This document shows positions 24,853 to 37,131 of a stretch of DNA of 64,000 nucleotides, in pieces (the stretch's first letter is position 1; each line of letters opens with the position of its first letter). The notes beneath the pieces are model-generated. The model worked only from the letters and a program-made list of their open reading frames with translations. It was not told the origin of the DNA and ran no database searches. This stretch comes from Mobula hypostoma (lineage: Eukaryota): contig NC_086101.1 in NCBI RefSeq assembly GCF_963921235.1, positions 8,930,001-8,994,000 of the forward strand, read 5' to 3'. The translations under genes and the position numbers were made by a program.

Positions 24853-25385
24853 TTACAGACCCGGAGCGGAACAGGAGCATATTTTCAGCCACTGTTTTTT
24901 ATCCTAAGTCCAGAACAAAGGATAAAGTTTCCCCGTGAATTTATTCCCAGTGAAGGTGTGGAGAATCGACTTGGTCTCCGCGTTCTAAAATAAAACTGTC
25001 CCGGACTCCTAACTGAGATAAACTCCCACCCTCCCGCGGATGGGACCGGCAGGGAGACGGGATTCAGGGGAGGTGCGAACCCACATCTCGTCATCACTCC
25101 GCCAGATGGTCCAGAATCCGGTCTCCGGACTCAGTGTGAACAATCTCTTCCTCTTCACATACTCTGCGGAGACTCCCAGGCCCCAGCGCCGATTCCCTGT
25201 CACCTCCACCTCCCAGTAATGTCTCCCCGATGTGAATCCCTCCGATCCCAACACACAAGGCCAGTCTGTGAACCTCTTCCCGGTGTCAGGGAGATCCCTC
25301 CGGGTCCCGGTGTATCTCACACTCTTCCGATCTTCAGACACCTCGAGCTCCGGAGGCGTCGTTTCCACATCCAGGGTGACAGAGA
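24853..25385 (-). pseudogene. TRIM-type B30.2 (PRY-SPRY) terminal exon with three in-frame TAG stops
   Basis: Acceptor cttctccccgcag|. Translation VSVTLDVET..LEVSEDRKSVR..RFTDWPCVLGSEGFTSGRHYWEVEV..WGLGV..RVGVYLS*ESGTVLF*NAETKSILHTFTGNKFTGKLYPLFWT*DKKQWLKICSCSAPGL-TAA. AATAAA on minus at 24782-24787. Confidence 0.9.
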
Positions 25386-25753
25386 CTGCGGGGAGAAGCC
25401 GAGAATTAGACAGTCCCCGGGGATCGGGGGGAGACTCGGGCATCGCGGCCCCGGGACCTGGGAGAGCGATTTTTTCCCGATCAACACACACAAAATTCTG
25501 GAGTTTCTCAGCGGGTCAAGCAGCATGTGTTAAGGGAGGTTTACAGTCGAGGTTTCAAACCGGGACCTTTCCTCAGAAATAGAAAAAAAGGCGGGGGATA
25601 ACAGTGGAAACGGGTGTGAGGATGGGTGGAGGAATAACTGGATGAGGAGGAGGTGAGTGATCACTAGAGGCATTTAAAATGGAGATAAGGCCGAATTCAT
25701 TAGTGCTGACCAACTCACTTGAATGATCTAGTTCCATTTACCTGTATTTTGCT

Positions 25754-28700
25754 CCTTTGATCGGGACAACAGAGCGTAGTTGGAGCTGAATTCTGAAGGA
25801 AGGCAGTTTTTTTTAAACTTCATCGAGTGCCAGATGGGCGAGACTGCGCAGGCGCGTGACGTCAGCAGGACCGCGCGGAGAGTTTAAAAAGGGGACCACC
25901 CTATACAGCGGGCAGCTGTCGGAGCGGGCAGCGGAGTGAGTGGGAGCAGAGTGTAGGGCTTTGGCTTCAACGGGCTTCGGCAGTAAACGGGAAGAGGCGA
26001 GAGCGAAGCGCCAACTCTTTTTTTCTTCCCCGCCCCCCAAACCATTTCGCGAATCGGCCCGGACAGACAGGAACAGCAGGGCTCTCACAGCTAACGGAAC
26101 GAGCTAACGATTTAAAAATTTCGTCTGTTTGGCGAGGTAAGTAGGTGAGTACACTTATTTTTCCTGTTTCATTCCTGTAGATTGCCTGCAGGGTTAGTGC
26201 TTTGTTCAGGGTGTCTGATGTGGGAATCCTGGGAGACTTCCAGACTCCCTCTTGGCCGCATCTGCACCAGGTGCACCGAGTTGCAGCTGCTCAGAGACCG
26301 TGTTAGGGATCTGGGAGCTGCAGCTTGATGACCTACAGCTTATCAGGGAAAGTGAAGAGGTGATAGACAGGAGCTACAGGGAGGTAGTCATCCCTAGGCT
26401 ACAGGGGTCAGAAAACTGGGTCACTGTCAAGAGAGGGAAGGGAAATGCCCAGATAGTGGAGAGCACACCTGTGGCTGTCCCCCTCAGCAACAAATATCTA
26501 GATCTGGATGCTGTTCAGGGGATGACCTGACGGGGGACGCCCACGGTGACCGGGTCTCTGGCACTGAGCCTGGCGCCGTTGTGCAGGAGAGAAGGAGGGA
26601 GAAGAGAAATGCGGTAGTCGTGCGGGATTCCATAGTCAGGGAGACAGACAGGAGATTCTGTGAGCCTGATAGAGATACCCGCATGGTGTGTTGCCTCCCA
26701 GGTGCTAGGGTACGGGATGTCGCGGATCGGGTCCTGAATATTCTAAAGGGGGAGGGTGAGCAACCAGTTGTCTTGGTACATGTTGCTACCAATGACATAG
26801 ATAGGACAAAGGAGGAGGTCCTGAAGAGAGATTTCCAGGAGTTCAGAAGGAAGCTGAGAAGCAGGACCTCCAGGGTAGTAATCTCGGGATTGCTACCTGT
26901 GCCACGTGCAAGAATAGTCGGATCAGGCAGATAATGCGTGGCTGAGAGACTGGTGTAGGGGGCAGGGCTTCAGATTCTTGGATAATTGGGATCGTTTCTG
27001 GGGGAAGGATGACTGTTCAAAAAGGATAGGTTACACCTGAACCCGAAGGGGTCCAATATCCTGGCGGGAAAGTATAATAGAGCTGTTAGGGAGGGTTTAA
27101 ACTAATTTGGCAGGGGGGTGGGAAACGGAATGATAGAGCGGAGGAAGGGGAAAACAGAAATAAATCTAAGATAGTGAGCAGTAAAGATGTCAGGAAAGAC
27201 AGGCAGGTGATGGGGCAAATTTGTAGCCATTGGGATGAGTTGAAGTGCAATAAAGTTGCAGTGAAATCAAAGCAAAAAGTATCAAATACTGGTCTTAAGG
27301 TGTTGTACTTAAATGCACGCAGCAGAAGGAATAAGGTGGATGATCTTGTTGTACAGCTACAGATTGGCAGGTATGATATTGTGGCCATCACTGAGAACTG
27401 GCTAAAGGATGAATGTCTCTGGGAGGTGAAATTCCAAGGATACACGGTGTATCGGAAGGATAGGAAGGTAGGCAGAGGGGGAGGCGTGGCCTTATTGGTA
27501 AGAAATGATATTAAATCATTAGAAAGAGGTGATATAGGATCGGAAGGTGCAGAATCTTTATGGGTTGAGCTAAGAAATAGCAGGGGTAAAAGAACCCTGA
27601 TGGCAGTTATTTATACGCCTCCAAACAGCTGCAGGGATGTGGACTACAAATTACAACTGGAAATAGAAAAGGCTTGTCAGAAGGGCAGTGTTATGGTAAT
27701 TGTGGGGGATTTTAACATGCGAGTAGATTGGGAAAATCAGGTCGGCACTGGATCTCAAGAGAGAGAATTTGTAGAATGTCTGCGAGATGGCTTTTTAGAA
27801 CAGCTTGTTGTTGAGCCCACTAGGGGATCGGCTGTACTGGATTGAGTATTCTGTAATGAACCGGAGGGGAGAGATTGAGGTGAAGGAACCCTTAGGAGGC
27901 AGTGATCATAACATGATTGAGTTCACTGTGAAATTAGAAAAAGAGAAGCCGCAATCTGATGTGTCGGTATTTCAGTGGAGTAAAGGAAATTACAGCGGTA
28001 TGAGAGAGGAACAGGCCAAAGTTGACTGGAAAGAGACACTGACGGGAAAGGCAGCAGAGCAGCAGCGGCTGGAGTTTATGCGAGAAATGAGGAAGGTGCA
28101 AGACAGGTATATTCCAAAAAAGAAGAAATTTTCGAGTTGAAAGAGGATGCAAACGTGGTTGACAAGAGAAGTGAAAGCCAAAGTTAAAGCAAAGAGGGCA
28201 TACAAGGAAGCAAAAATTAGTGGGAAGAGAGAGGATTGGGAAGTTTTTAAAACCTTACAAAAGGAAACCAAGAAGGTCATTAAGAGAGAAAAGATTAACT
28301 ATGAAAGGAAGCTAGCAAATAATATCGAAGAGGATACTAAAAGCTTTTTCAAGTATATAAAGAGTAAAAGACAGGTGAGAGTAGATATAGAACCGATAGA
28401 AAATGATGCTGGAGAAATTGTAATGGGAGATGAGGAGATGGCAGAGGAACTGAACAAGTATTTTGCATCAGTCTTCACTGAGGAAGACAGCAGCATACCA
28501 GACACTCAAGGGTGGCAGGGAAGAGAAGTGTGCGCAGTCACAATTACGACAGAGAAAGTACTCAGGAAGCTGAATAGGCTAAAGGTAGATAAATCTCCTG
28601 GACCAGATGGAATGCCCCCTCGTGTTCTGAAGGAAGTAGCTGTGGAGATTGCGGAGGCATTAGCAATGATCTTACAAAAGTCGATAGATTCTGGCATGGT

Positions 28701-30175
28701 TCTGGAGGACTGTAAGATTGCAAATGTCACTCCACTATTTAAGAAGGGGGCAAGGAAGCAAAAAGTAAATTATAGACCTGTTAGCTTGACATCCGTGGTT
28801 GGGAAGTTGTTGGAGTCGATTGTCAAGGATGAGGTTACAGAGTACCTGGAGGCATATGACAAGACAGGCAGAACTCAGCTTGGATTCCTTAAAGGAAAAT
28901 CCTGCCTGACAAACCTATTACAATTTTTTGAGGAAATTACCAGTAGGCTAGACAAGGGAGATGCAGTGGATGTTGTATATTTGGATTTTCAGAAGGCCTT
29001 TGACAAGGTGCCACACATGAGACTACTTAACAAGATAAGAGCCCATGGAATTACGGGAAAGTTACATACGTGGATAGAGTGTTGGCTGATTGGCAGGAAA
29101 CAGAGAGTGGGAATAAAGGGATCCTATTCTGGTTGGCTGCCAGTTACCAGTAGTGTTTCGCAGGGATCAGTGTTGGGGCTGCTTCTTTTTACATTGTACA
29201 TCAACGATTTAGGTTATGGATTAGATGGCTTTGTGGCTAAGTTTGCTGACGATACGAAGAGAGGTGGAGGGGCCAGTAGTGTTGAGGAAATGGAGAGTCT
29301 GCAGAGAGACTTGGATAGATTGGAAGAATGGGCAGAGAAGTGGCAAATGAAGTACAATGTTGGAAACTGTATGGTTATGCACTTTGTCAGAAAAAATAAA
29401 CGGGCAGACTATTATTTAAATAGGGAAAGAATTCAAAGTTCTGAGATGCAACGGGACTTCGGAGTCCTCGTACAGGGTACCCTTAAAGTTAACCTCCAGG
29501 TTGAATCAGTAGTGAAGAAGGCGAATGCAATGTTGGCATTTATTTCTAGAGGAATAGAGTATAGGAGCAGGGATGTGATGTTGAGGCTCTATAAGGCGCT
29601 GATGAGACCTCACTTGGAGTACTGTGGGCAGTTTTGGTCTCCTTATTTAAGAAAGGATGTGCTGACGTTGGAGAGGGTACAGAGAAGATTCAGTAGAATG
29701 ATTCCGGGAATGAGAGGGTTAACATATGAGGAACGTTTGTCCGCTCTTGGACTGTATTCCTTGGAGCTTAAAAGAATGAGAGGAGACCTCATAGAAACAT
29801 TTCGAATGTTAAAAGGCATGGACAGAGCGGATGTGGCAAAGTTGTTTCCCATGATGGGGGAGTCTAGTACGAGAGGGCATGACTTAAGGATTGAAAGACA
29901 CCCTTTCAGAACAGAAATGCGAAGAATTTTTTTTAGTCAGAGAGTGGTGAATCTATGGAATTTGTTGCCACGGGCAGGAGTGGAGGCCAAGTCATTGGAT
30001 GTATTTGAGGCAGAGATTGACAGGTATCTGATTAGCCAGGGCATCAAAGGTTATGGTGAGAAGGCAGGGGAGTGGGACTAAATAGGAGAAAATGGATCAG
30101 CTCATGATAAAATGGCAGAGCGGACTCAATGAGCTGAATGGCCTACTTCTGCTCCTTTGTTTTATGTCTTGTCTT
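25754..30175 (+). mobile_element. Full-length CR1 LINE (defective), inverted sister of 17615-22038
   Basis: ORF1 pieces 26252..26934, APE 27174..28140, and an intact 644-aa RT half 28147..30081. Collinear with the minus copy from 5' UTR to tail. Confidence 0.97.
25845..25890 (+). promoter_or_regulatory. Putative internal CR1 promoter (TGCGCAGGCGCG, CRE TGACGTCA, TTTAAAAA)
   Basis: Motif cluster shared with the sister copy. Similar gtgacgtagcgcgc motifs occur in the 5' UTR of the CR1 ending at 50420. Confidence 0.45.
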
Positions 30176-30203
30176 ATTATTCCTTTAAACATTTCCTACC
30201 CAA

Positions 30204-32370
30204 GCAACACATACAAAATGCTGGAGGAACTCAGCAGGCCAGGCATCATCTATGGAAAAAAAAACTAGTCGACGTTTCGGGCCAAAACCCTTCGGCAGAA
30301 CTGGAGAAAAAAAAGCTGAGGAGTAGATTTAAAAGGTTGGGGGGAAGCGAGAGAGAATCACCAGGTGATCGGTGAAACCTGGAGCGGGAGGAAAGAAGTA
30401 ACGAGCTGGGAAGTTGATTGGTTAGATGAGTTGGGAGACGAAAAGGAGATGGGAAATGGAGAAGGGGGAGGGTCGGTTTCGGGGCATTAGCGGAAGTTTA
30501 AGAATGATGTTCTTGCCATCAGGTTGGAGGCTCCCCAAATGGAATATAAGGTGTTGTTCCTCCAACCTAAGTGTGGCCTTATCCCAGCAGTGGAGGAGGC
30601 CATGGATGGACATATCAGAATGGGAATGGGAAGTGGAATTAAAATGGGTGGCCACTAGGAGATTCCGCTTGTTCTGGCGGACGGAGCATAGATCCTCGGC
30701 GAAGCAGACTCTCAATCTACGTCGGGTCTCACCGATACACAAGAGACCACACCGGGAACACCGAGCTCAGTCTATGACCCCAACACACTCAGGTCAATTG
30801 TCACCTCACCTGGAAGGACTGTTTATGCCCCTGGATGGTAGTGAGGGAGAATGTGTAGGGGCAGGTTGCGCACTTGTTCTGCTTGCAAAGATCAGAGCCA
30901 GGAGGGAGAACAGTGGGGGGGGGGGGAACTAATAGACAAGGGAGTCGCATAGGGAGTGATCCCTGCGGAAAGGAGAATGTGGGGGCTGGGGGGGGCAGGT
31001 GGGAAGATATGCTTGGTGGTGGCAGAAGTTTCGGAGAATATTGTGCTGGACGCGGAGGCTGGTGGGGTTGCAGATAAGGATAAGAGGAACCCTGTCCTAG
31101 GTAGTGTGGTGGAGGATGAGGTAAGAGCAGACATGTGTGCAATGGAAGAGGTGAAGTTGAGGGCAGTGTTGATGGTGGAGGAAGGGAAACTCCTTTCTTT
31201 GAAAAAGGTGAACATTTCCTTCATTCTGGAATGAAAAGCCACATCATGAGAGCAAAGGCGGAGGAGACGGAGGAATTGAGAGAAGGGGATCGCGGTTTTA
31301 CAAGTAGCAGGGTGGGATGTGGTATAGTGCAGGTAGCTGTGAGAGTCCGTGGGTCAGTAATAGACATTGTGGATACGCTGTCTCCAGAGACAGAGAGACT
31401 GAGATCAAGAAATGGAAGGGAGGCATCAGAAATGGGCCAGGTGAATTTAGAAATAGTAATAGAAATAGAAATAGTCAAACTTTATTGATCCCAAGGGAAA
31501 TCGGTTTTCGTTACAGTTGCACCATAAATAATTAAATAGTAATAAAACCATAAATAATTAAATAGTAATATGTAAATTATGCCAGGAAATAAGTCCAGGA
31601 CCAGCCTATTGGCTCAGGGTGTCTGGCCCTCCAAGGGAGGAGTTGTAAAGTTTGATGGCCACAGGCAGGAATGACTTCGTATGACGCTCAGTATTGCATC
31701 TCTGTGGAATGAGTCTCTGGCTGAATGTACTCCTGTGCCCACAGTCCATTATGTAGTGGATGGGAGACATTGTCCACGATGGCATGCAACTTGGACAGCA
31801 TCGCCTTTTCAGACACCACCGTCAGAGAGTCCAGTTCCATCCCCACAACATCACTGGCCTTACGAATGAGTTTGTTGATTCTGTTGGTGTCTGCTACTCT
31901 CAGCCTGCTGCTCCAGCACAGAACAGCAAACATGATAGCACTGGCCACCACAGACTCGTAGAACATCCTCAGCATCGTCCGACAGATGTTAACGGACCTC
32001 AGTCTCCTCAGGAAATAGAGACGACTCTGAGAGCAGGGTGTAAGTTGGAGGCAAAGTGGATGAATTTGACGAGTTCAGCATGGGTACAGGAAGCAACACA
32101 AATGCAGTCGCCGATGTAGCATAGGAAAAATGTGGGACAGTCACCAGTGTGGGCTTGGAACACAGACTGTTTCATGCAACTGAGAAACAGCCAGGCATAG
32201 CCGGGGACCGATGCGAGTGCCCATGGCTCCACCATTTGTCTGAATGAAGTGAGAGGAGCCAAAGGAGAAATTATTGAGAGTGAGGACAAGTTCCACTAAG
32301 CGGAGGAGAGCAGTGGTGGAGGGGAACTGGTTAGTTCTGGTGTCCAGAAAAAAACCGAGAGCTTTGAGGC
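30204..32370 (-). mobile_element. Penelope-like retroelement (RT fragment + GIY-YIG endonuclease + pLTR), interrupted by a Rex fragment
   Basis: ORF 32141..32479 (NNFSFGSSHF.QT.G.AMGT) and 32008..32289 (YIGDCI) are PLE RT. ORF 30422..30742 (IGETRRRL..VATHFNS..EEQHLIF.LGSLQPDG) is GIY-YIG. pLTR with hammerhead-like motif at ~30266-30303. Confidence 0.9.
31447..32025 (-). mobile_element. Rex1/Babar-type LINE 3' fragment nested in the Penelope element
   Basis: ORF 31688..31975 (MFYESVVASAI.FAV.CW) and an (aatag)n tail at ~31447-31475. Confidence 0.8.
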
Positions 32371-32789
32371 CTTTCCTGTCCCGATGTCTTTTAAATTGTT
32401 GTAACTGTACCCACCTCAAAGGCTTCCTTTGGCAGCCTCCTGAGCTCCAGGAAAAAGTTCCAGAATATCCAGCCTCCACTTATAACCCCAACCCTCCAGT
32501 CCCAGTAACATCCTTGTATATCTGTTTTATACTCCCTCAGTTTAATGACATCCTTCCCATAGACACGTAACCAGAACTGTTCGGAGTGATCCAAATCATA
32601 AAGCCAAGAAAGTGTGCGGATGCCGAAAATCCAAAACAACACACACAAAATCTCAGACCGAAACATCGGCTGTTTATTCATGTCCATAGATGCTGCCTGA
32701 CCTGCTGAGTTCCTCCAAAATTTTGTGTATGTTAGTTGGATTTCTATCATCCGCAGATTTTCTCTTGTTTAGGCTCATAAAAGAAAGCT

Positions 32790-33692
32790 TTTGACACATT
32801 GCCGTTCATAAATGAAAGTATTAAGTGCAGGAGATGGGATCTTATGCTGAAGTTGTATGAGATGTTGGTGCGGTCTAATCTGGGGTATTGTGTGCAGTCT
32901 TGGTCACCTACCCACAGGAAAGATGTGAACAAGGATGAAAGAGAACAGAGAACATTTACAGGGATGTTGCTTGGACTGGAGGACCTGAGTTATAAGGAAA
33001 GATTGAACAGGTTAGGACTATATTCCTTGTAAGGTAGAAGACTGAGGGGAGATGAGAGAGGCTAAGTGGTTAAGGCATTGGACTAGTGATCTGAAGGTCG
33101 TGAGTTCGATCCCCAGCTGAGGGAGCGTGTTGTGTCCCTGAGCAAGGCACTTAACCACCCAGTAGTCTGCAATGACACCGGTGCCAAGCTGTATCGGCCC
33201 TTGCCCTACCCTTGGACAACATCGGTGTCGTGGAGAGGGGAGACTTGCAGCATGGGCAACTGCCGGTCTTCCATACAACTTTGCCCAGGCCTACGCCCTG
33301 GAGAATGAAGACTTTCCAGGCGCAGATCCATGGTCTCGCAAGACTAGCGGATGGCTTTCTAAATGCAAGCCGGCTTTTACCACGGAGGTTGGGTGGGACT
33401 ACAACTAGAGGTCATGTGTGAAGCGTGAAAGGTGAAAAGTTTAAGGGGAACATGAAGGGAAACGTCTTCACTCAGAGGGTTGTAAGAGTGTGGAATGAGC
33501 TGCCAGTGCAAGTGATACGTGTAAACTTGATTTCAACGTTTATGTTTGGACAGATACATGGATTGCAGAGGTGTGGACGGATATGGCCACAGTGCAGATT
33601 GAAGGGAGTGGGCGGTTTCAATGTGACGGCATGAACTGGATGGGCCAAACGGCCTGTTTCTGAGCTGTACTTTTCTATAACTCTATGACTCT
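32790..33692 (+). mobile_element. CR1 3' fragment interrupted by a SINE
   Basis: ORF 32799..33032 (LVRSNLGYCVQ.WSP, ERLNRLGLYSL) and 33425..33634 (FTQRVVRVWNELP), with a (ctatga) tail. Confidence 0.8.
33058..33362 (+). mobile_element. tRNA-derived SINE with CORE-like central block
   Basis: A box ggctaagtgg and B box gagttcgatcc, then gtgtccctgagcaaggcacttaacc. Confidence 0.75.
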
Positions 33693-36452
33693 AGTCCAAA
33701 GACGAAGCAGTCAGGAAGTTAATTGGTTATTGTAAAATGTCCTGTGGTTAGGCTGGTGTTGAGGAGTCTATCTTCAATAAATATTATCAATACTCACCCT
33801 CCTGTCTTCTGGCTCCTCACCCGTGGCTATTGATGATACACATATCTCCAAGATGGGCTCCACACTTTCCTCCTAAGCTTCCCAAAATGTCCTGGGATAC
33901 ACTTGATCAGGACCTGGGGATTTATTGACCTTTCTCCATTTTAGGTCCTGCAGCACATTAGCGTCTGTAATGTGGTAGGTAATGAGGTCGATCATCTTCT
34001 GTAACACGGGATAATTTAAGACCCTGTGGAACTGGCACAGAAGAGGAGTTGAGGACAGGGGCAGAGAAATTATGACAGGGAATGATTAGAAGGTTATGGG
34101 CCAAATACTGGTAAATTGCTCGAGGGGTGATCTGACAGCAATATATAAGCTTATGAGGGGTGTAGATTGAGCAGATGGTTGAAATCTTCTTCCCACAGGA
34201 GGGGGATCAAATACAAGAGGTTACATGTCTGAGGAGGGAGGAAGGAGTTGAAAGGTGAGTTTATTTTAACAGTGAGTGCGTGATGTCAGAACTTGCTGCC
34301 AGAGGAGGTGTTGGAAGCAGATACAATCACTGTGTTTAAGAGAAACTTCAAGAGACGAGGCACAGAAGGAGACTGTCGTAATGCCGGCCAATGGGATGAG
34401 TGTAGATGGGTAAATAGGTCGACACCGAGGTGATGTGCCGAAGGGCCTGTTTCTGTGCTGTTCGACGTTGACTCTGTGACTTTAAATGAACTGAATGACT
34501 GAAACCTCACAGCCCTCCAGTGCAGAGAATTCCAGATAAACCATGCTCTGAGAGTACACCCCATCCTGAGACAGTGACCCCTGACCCTCGACTCCTCAGA
34601 CAGGGGTAACATCCTGCCTGCATGCTGCTTGTTGAGCCCCGAGAGAGTTTTGTGTTTCCCTGAGATCTCCTCTCATTCTTCTAAACAGAGAACGGAGAAC
34701 ATAGAACATTACAGCACAGGAACAGGCCCTTCTTTCGATAGATGTGACTGATCAATGCTGGCATCAATTCCTCTTCTGTACGAGTTCCCCAAACTGCAAT
34801 CCGTCGACCTTTAAAAATTTTATCTGACTCCACCTTAAATCTATCCAATAATCAGTCTTCACACAATCTGCTGGAGGAACTCAGTGTGTCGAGCAGCATC
34901 TGTGGGAGGAAAGGGATTGTCGACATTTCATGTCGAAACCGGACATCAGGACTGGGAGATGGCCAGTATACAGCTGCTCCAGCATTTTGTGTGCGTGGAT
35001 TTGAAATTCCAGCATCTGCAGACTTTTTCCTGTTTATGATCATGGGAACCATGAGGGGAGAGATGAATAGCAGATGGAATCAGAACCAGATGGGGGAGGA
35101 GATGGAAAGCCTGTGGTGAACTGTGTGTGTGTGTAGATGAAACAGAAGGTTAAGGAGGATGAATATGGGTGATAAGCGTTCCTTTGTCCCTTTTCCACAA
35201 AGCCACACCCCACAGCCCCTCATTAGGACAGAGGGTGAGTTTGCAGAGACTCTGGAAGATATATTTGCTTCACATTTCACCACAGGTGAGCTGCTGGAAG
35301 ACTGGAGGGTGGCTCAGTTTGAGCCTCCAGTTAGGAAGGGCTGGACGGTCATACCAGGGAAGTCCAGTCCGTAAACCTAACGTCAGCGGTGGGAAACTTT
35401 CTGAGAGACAGGATCGAACAGCATTTGGAAAGACGAGGACTGATCAGGGACACTCAGCACGGCGTTGTGCATGGAAAATCACGTCTCATAAATACCAGTT
35501 TGCGGAAGAGGTGACAGAGGTGATTGACCAGGACAGGGTGGTAGACATTGTCCACATGAACTTCACCAAGGCCTTTGATGTAGATCATAGACCACACTTG
35601 GAGTTTGTGTGCATTTCTGGTTCCCCGACACTGGGAAGGATGTCATTACAGGAAGATGTTACTAGGGCTGGAGGGCTTGGGTTAAAAGGAGAGACTGGAT
35701 AGGCTGGGGTTATTTCCCTGGAGAGTTGGATGTTGAGGGGTGACCCCTTTTCGAGGTATATAAAATCATGAGGTCAGATGTAAAGTGTATACACATGGTC
35801 TCTTCCCCAGAACAGCAGAGTCCAAAAGCAGAGGGTGGAGATTGAAGAGAGAGTTTTTTTAAACGGTCTGTGAGGATGTAAGTACATGTGCGATTTGTTG
35901 CCAGAGGAAACTACAGAGTAGGTATAATTAAAATATTTTAAAATAAATTTAGACAGGTACATGGATAGGAAGTGGTTAGAGGAATATGGGACAAACACAC
36001 GGAAATGTGTCTGTTTCTCTGGCGATGTGTCCCTCTCTGATGGTGCATTTGGATATTTGTCTCTGTGTGTGAGTGTGTGTTGGTTGTGGTAAATATCAGT
36101 GAGTGTGTTTTCACATTGAAGGTGAGGGTGCACATTGAAGTATTGTATGTTACAGTGTGTGTTGGCAATGTGTGACATGTGTGTGAATTTTTCAAGTAAA
36201 AACCATTCACTGCGTCTGAAGAGAGAGAATAGTTTCCATGTCACTGAGGGAAATAGCAATGTGCAGTACTGAGGCTCAAACTACAGTCTGCCAATGCTTC
36301 TTCTGTATGTGTGTGAGCGAGATTTGCCAGATCAGTTATGCCGGTTGGGCTTCTCCCACCGTTCACTGAGGTCAATGCTGATCGGTGTGTCCGGGTTCAG
36401 TCTGACAATGTTTCAATGCCGTGGTTTGATTACAACCGTGAGACTGGCGAGT

Positions 36453-36466
36453 CCAGCAGGGGGCAG
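36453..36466 (+). promoter_or_regulatory. CTCF-like motif
   Basis: CCAGCAGGGGGCAG matches the CTCF core. Adjacent AP-1 site TGAGTCA at 36470-36476. Confidence 0.5.
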
Positions 36467-36893
36467 AGCTGAGTCAATCAGACTGCGGTTACGGACAGGT
36501 CAGACACGGTGAGTGGCTCGAAGGACTGGTGTACTTTTCTGAGAATCCTTGTCACCTTTATCCCCTTTAATGTCACTAATGAAATATTAATTCCAGAGCT
36601 ACTGTGGCAGGATTAAAGCACGTGCATTGACATATTTTTCCGGTATGAATGGTATGAAGATGCAGTGGTTCATCTAACAGTCCCGTGAATTGGTTATATT
36701 TTGCCCCAGTGTTGGTGTGTCCAAGGGTCTGACATTTGCAGACGACCATGTGACTGTGATGCCTCCCTGCAGGTGAGGTTGTTGCAGGAATAAACTTCAC
36801 TTCCTCTTCAGCCTATTATTACAGTCAAATTTTGTGTCTAATTATTAATTAATTTTGTCTGAAGCAAGGTCAAAATGAATCTGTATGTTTTAC

Positions 36894-37012
36894 CTCGCTT
36901 AATGCCATCAAAGGTTCCTCCCAATGCTGTGTCGAAAAAATATGAATGATAGAATTTTTCAGCCAGTAGGGCACCATCTGTCACTGACAGTATCTGGGCA
37001 TCATCACTGATC
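36894..37012 (-). pseudogene. TRIM gene penultimate exon (119 nt, phase 2 to 1)
   Basis: ttttcag|G ATC AGT GAT..AAG CGA G|gtaaaa encodes (R)ISDDAQILSVTDGALLAEKFYHSYFFDTALGGTFDGIKR(V). Joins in frame to the PRY-SPRY exon. Confidence 0.8.
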
Positions 37013-37108
37013 CTGAAAATATTACGCAGCTGGTTATAAACTGAGCTTCAGTGATATTTGAACTGTTTTACAAATCCATACAGAGTTTCAGTAAAGGCCA
37101 TGTCCTAC

Positions 37109-37131
37109 TTTTTCTTCCGATGAGCTTCCTC
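37109..37131 (-). pseudogene. TRIM gene 23-nt linker micro-exon (phase 0 to 2)
   Basis: atttcag|GAGGAAGCTCATCGGAAGAAAAA|gtagga encodes EEAHRKK. A 23-nt exon at this position is characteristic of PRY-SPRY TRIM genes, and the phase fits the next exon. Confidence 0.75.

Noticed and set aside
25388..25491. N-terminal part of ORF 25009..25491 as coding sequence
   Set aside because: It is intron read-through upstream of the splice acceptor at 25386-25387.
17615..30175. Inverted pair as a segmental duplication or a giant TIR transposon
   Set aside because: Similarity stops at the CR1 ends, the flanks are unrelated, the left copy has its own target-site duplication, and no TSD or transposase was found for the whole unit.
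33058..33125. tRNA gene
   Set aside because: A and B boxes are present but the acceptor stem is not intact and the sequence continues into a SINE body.
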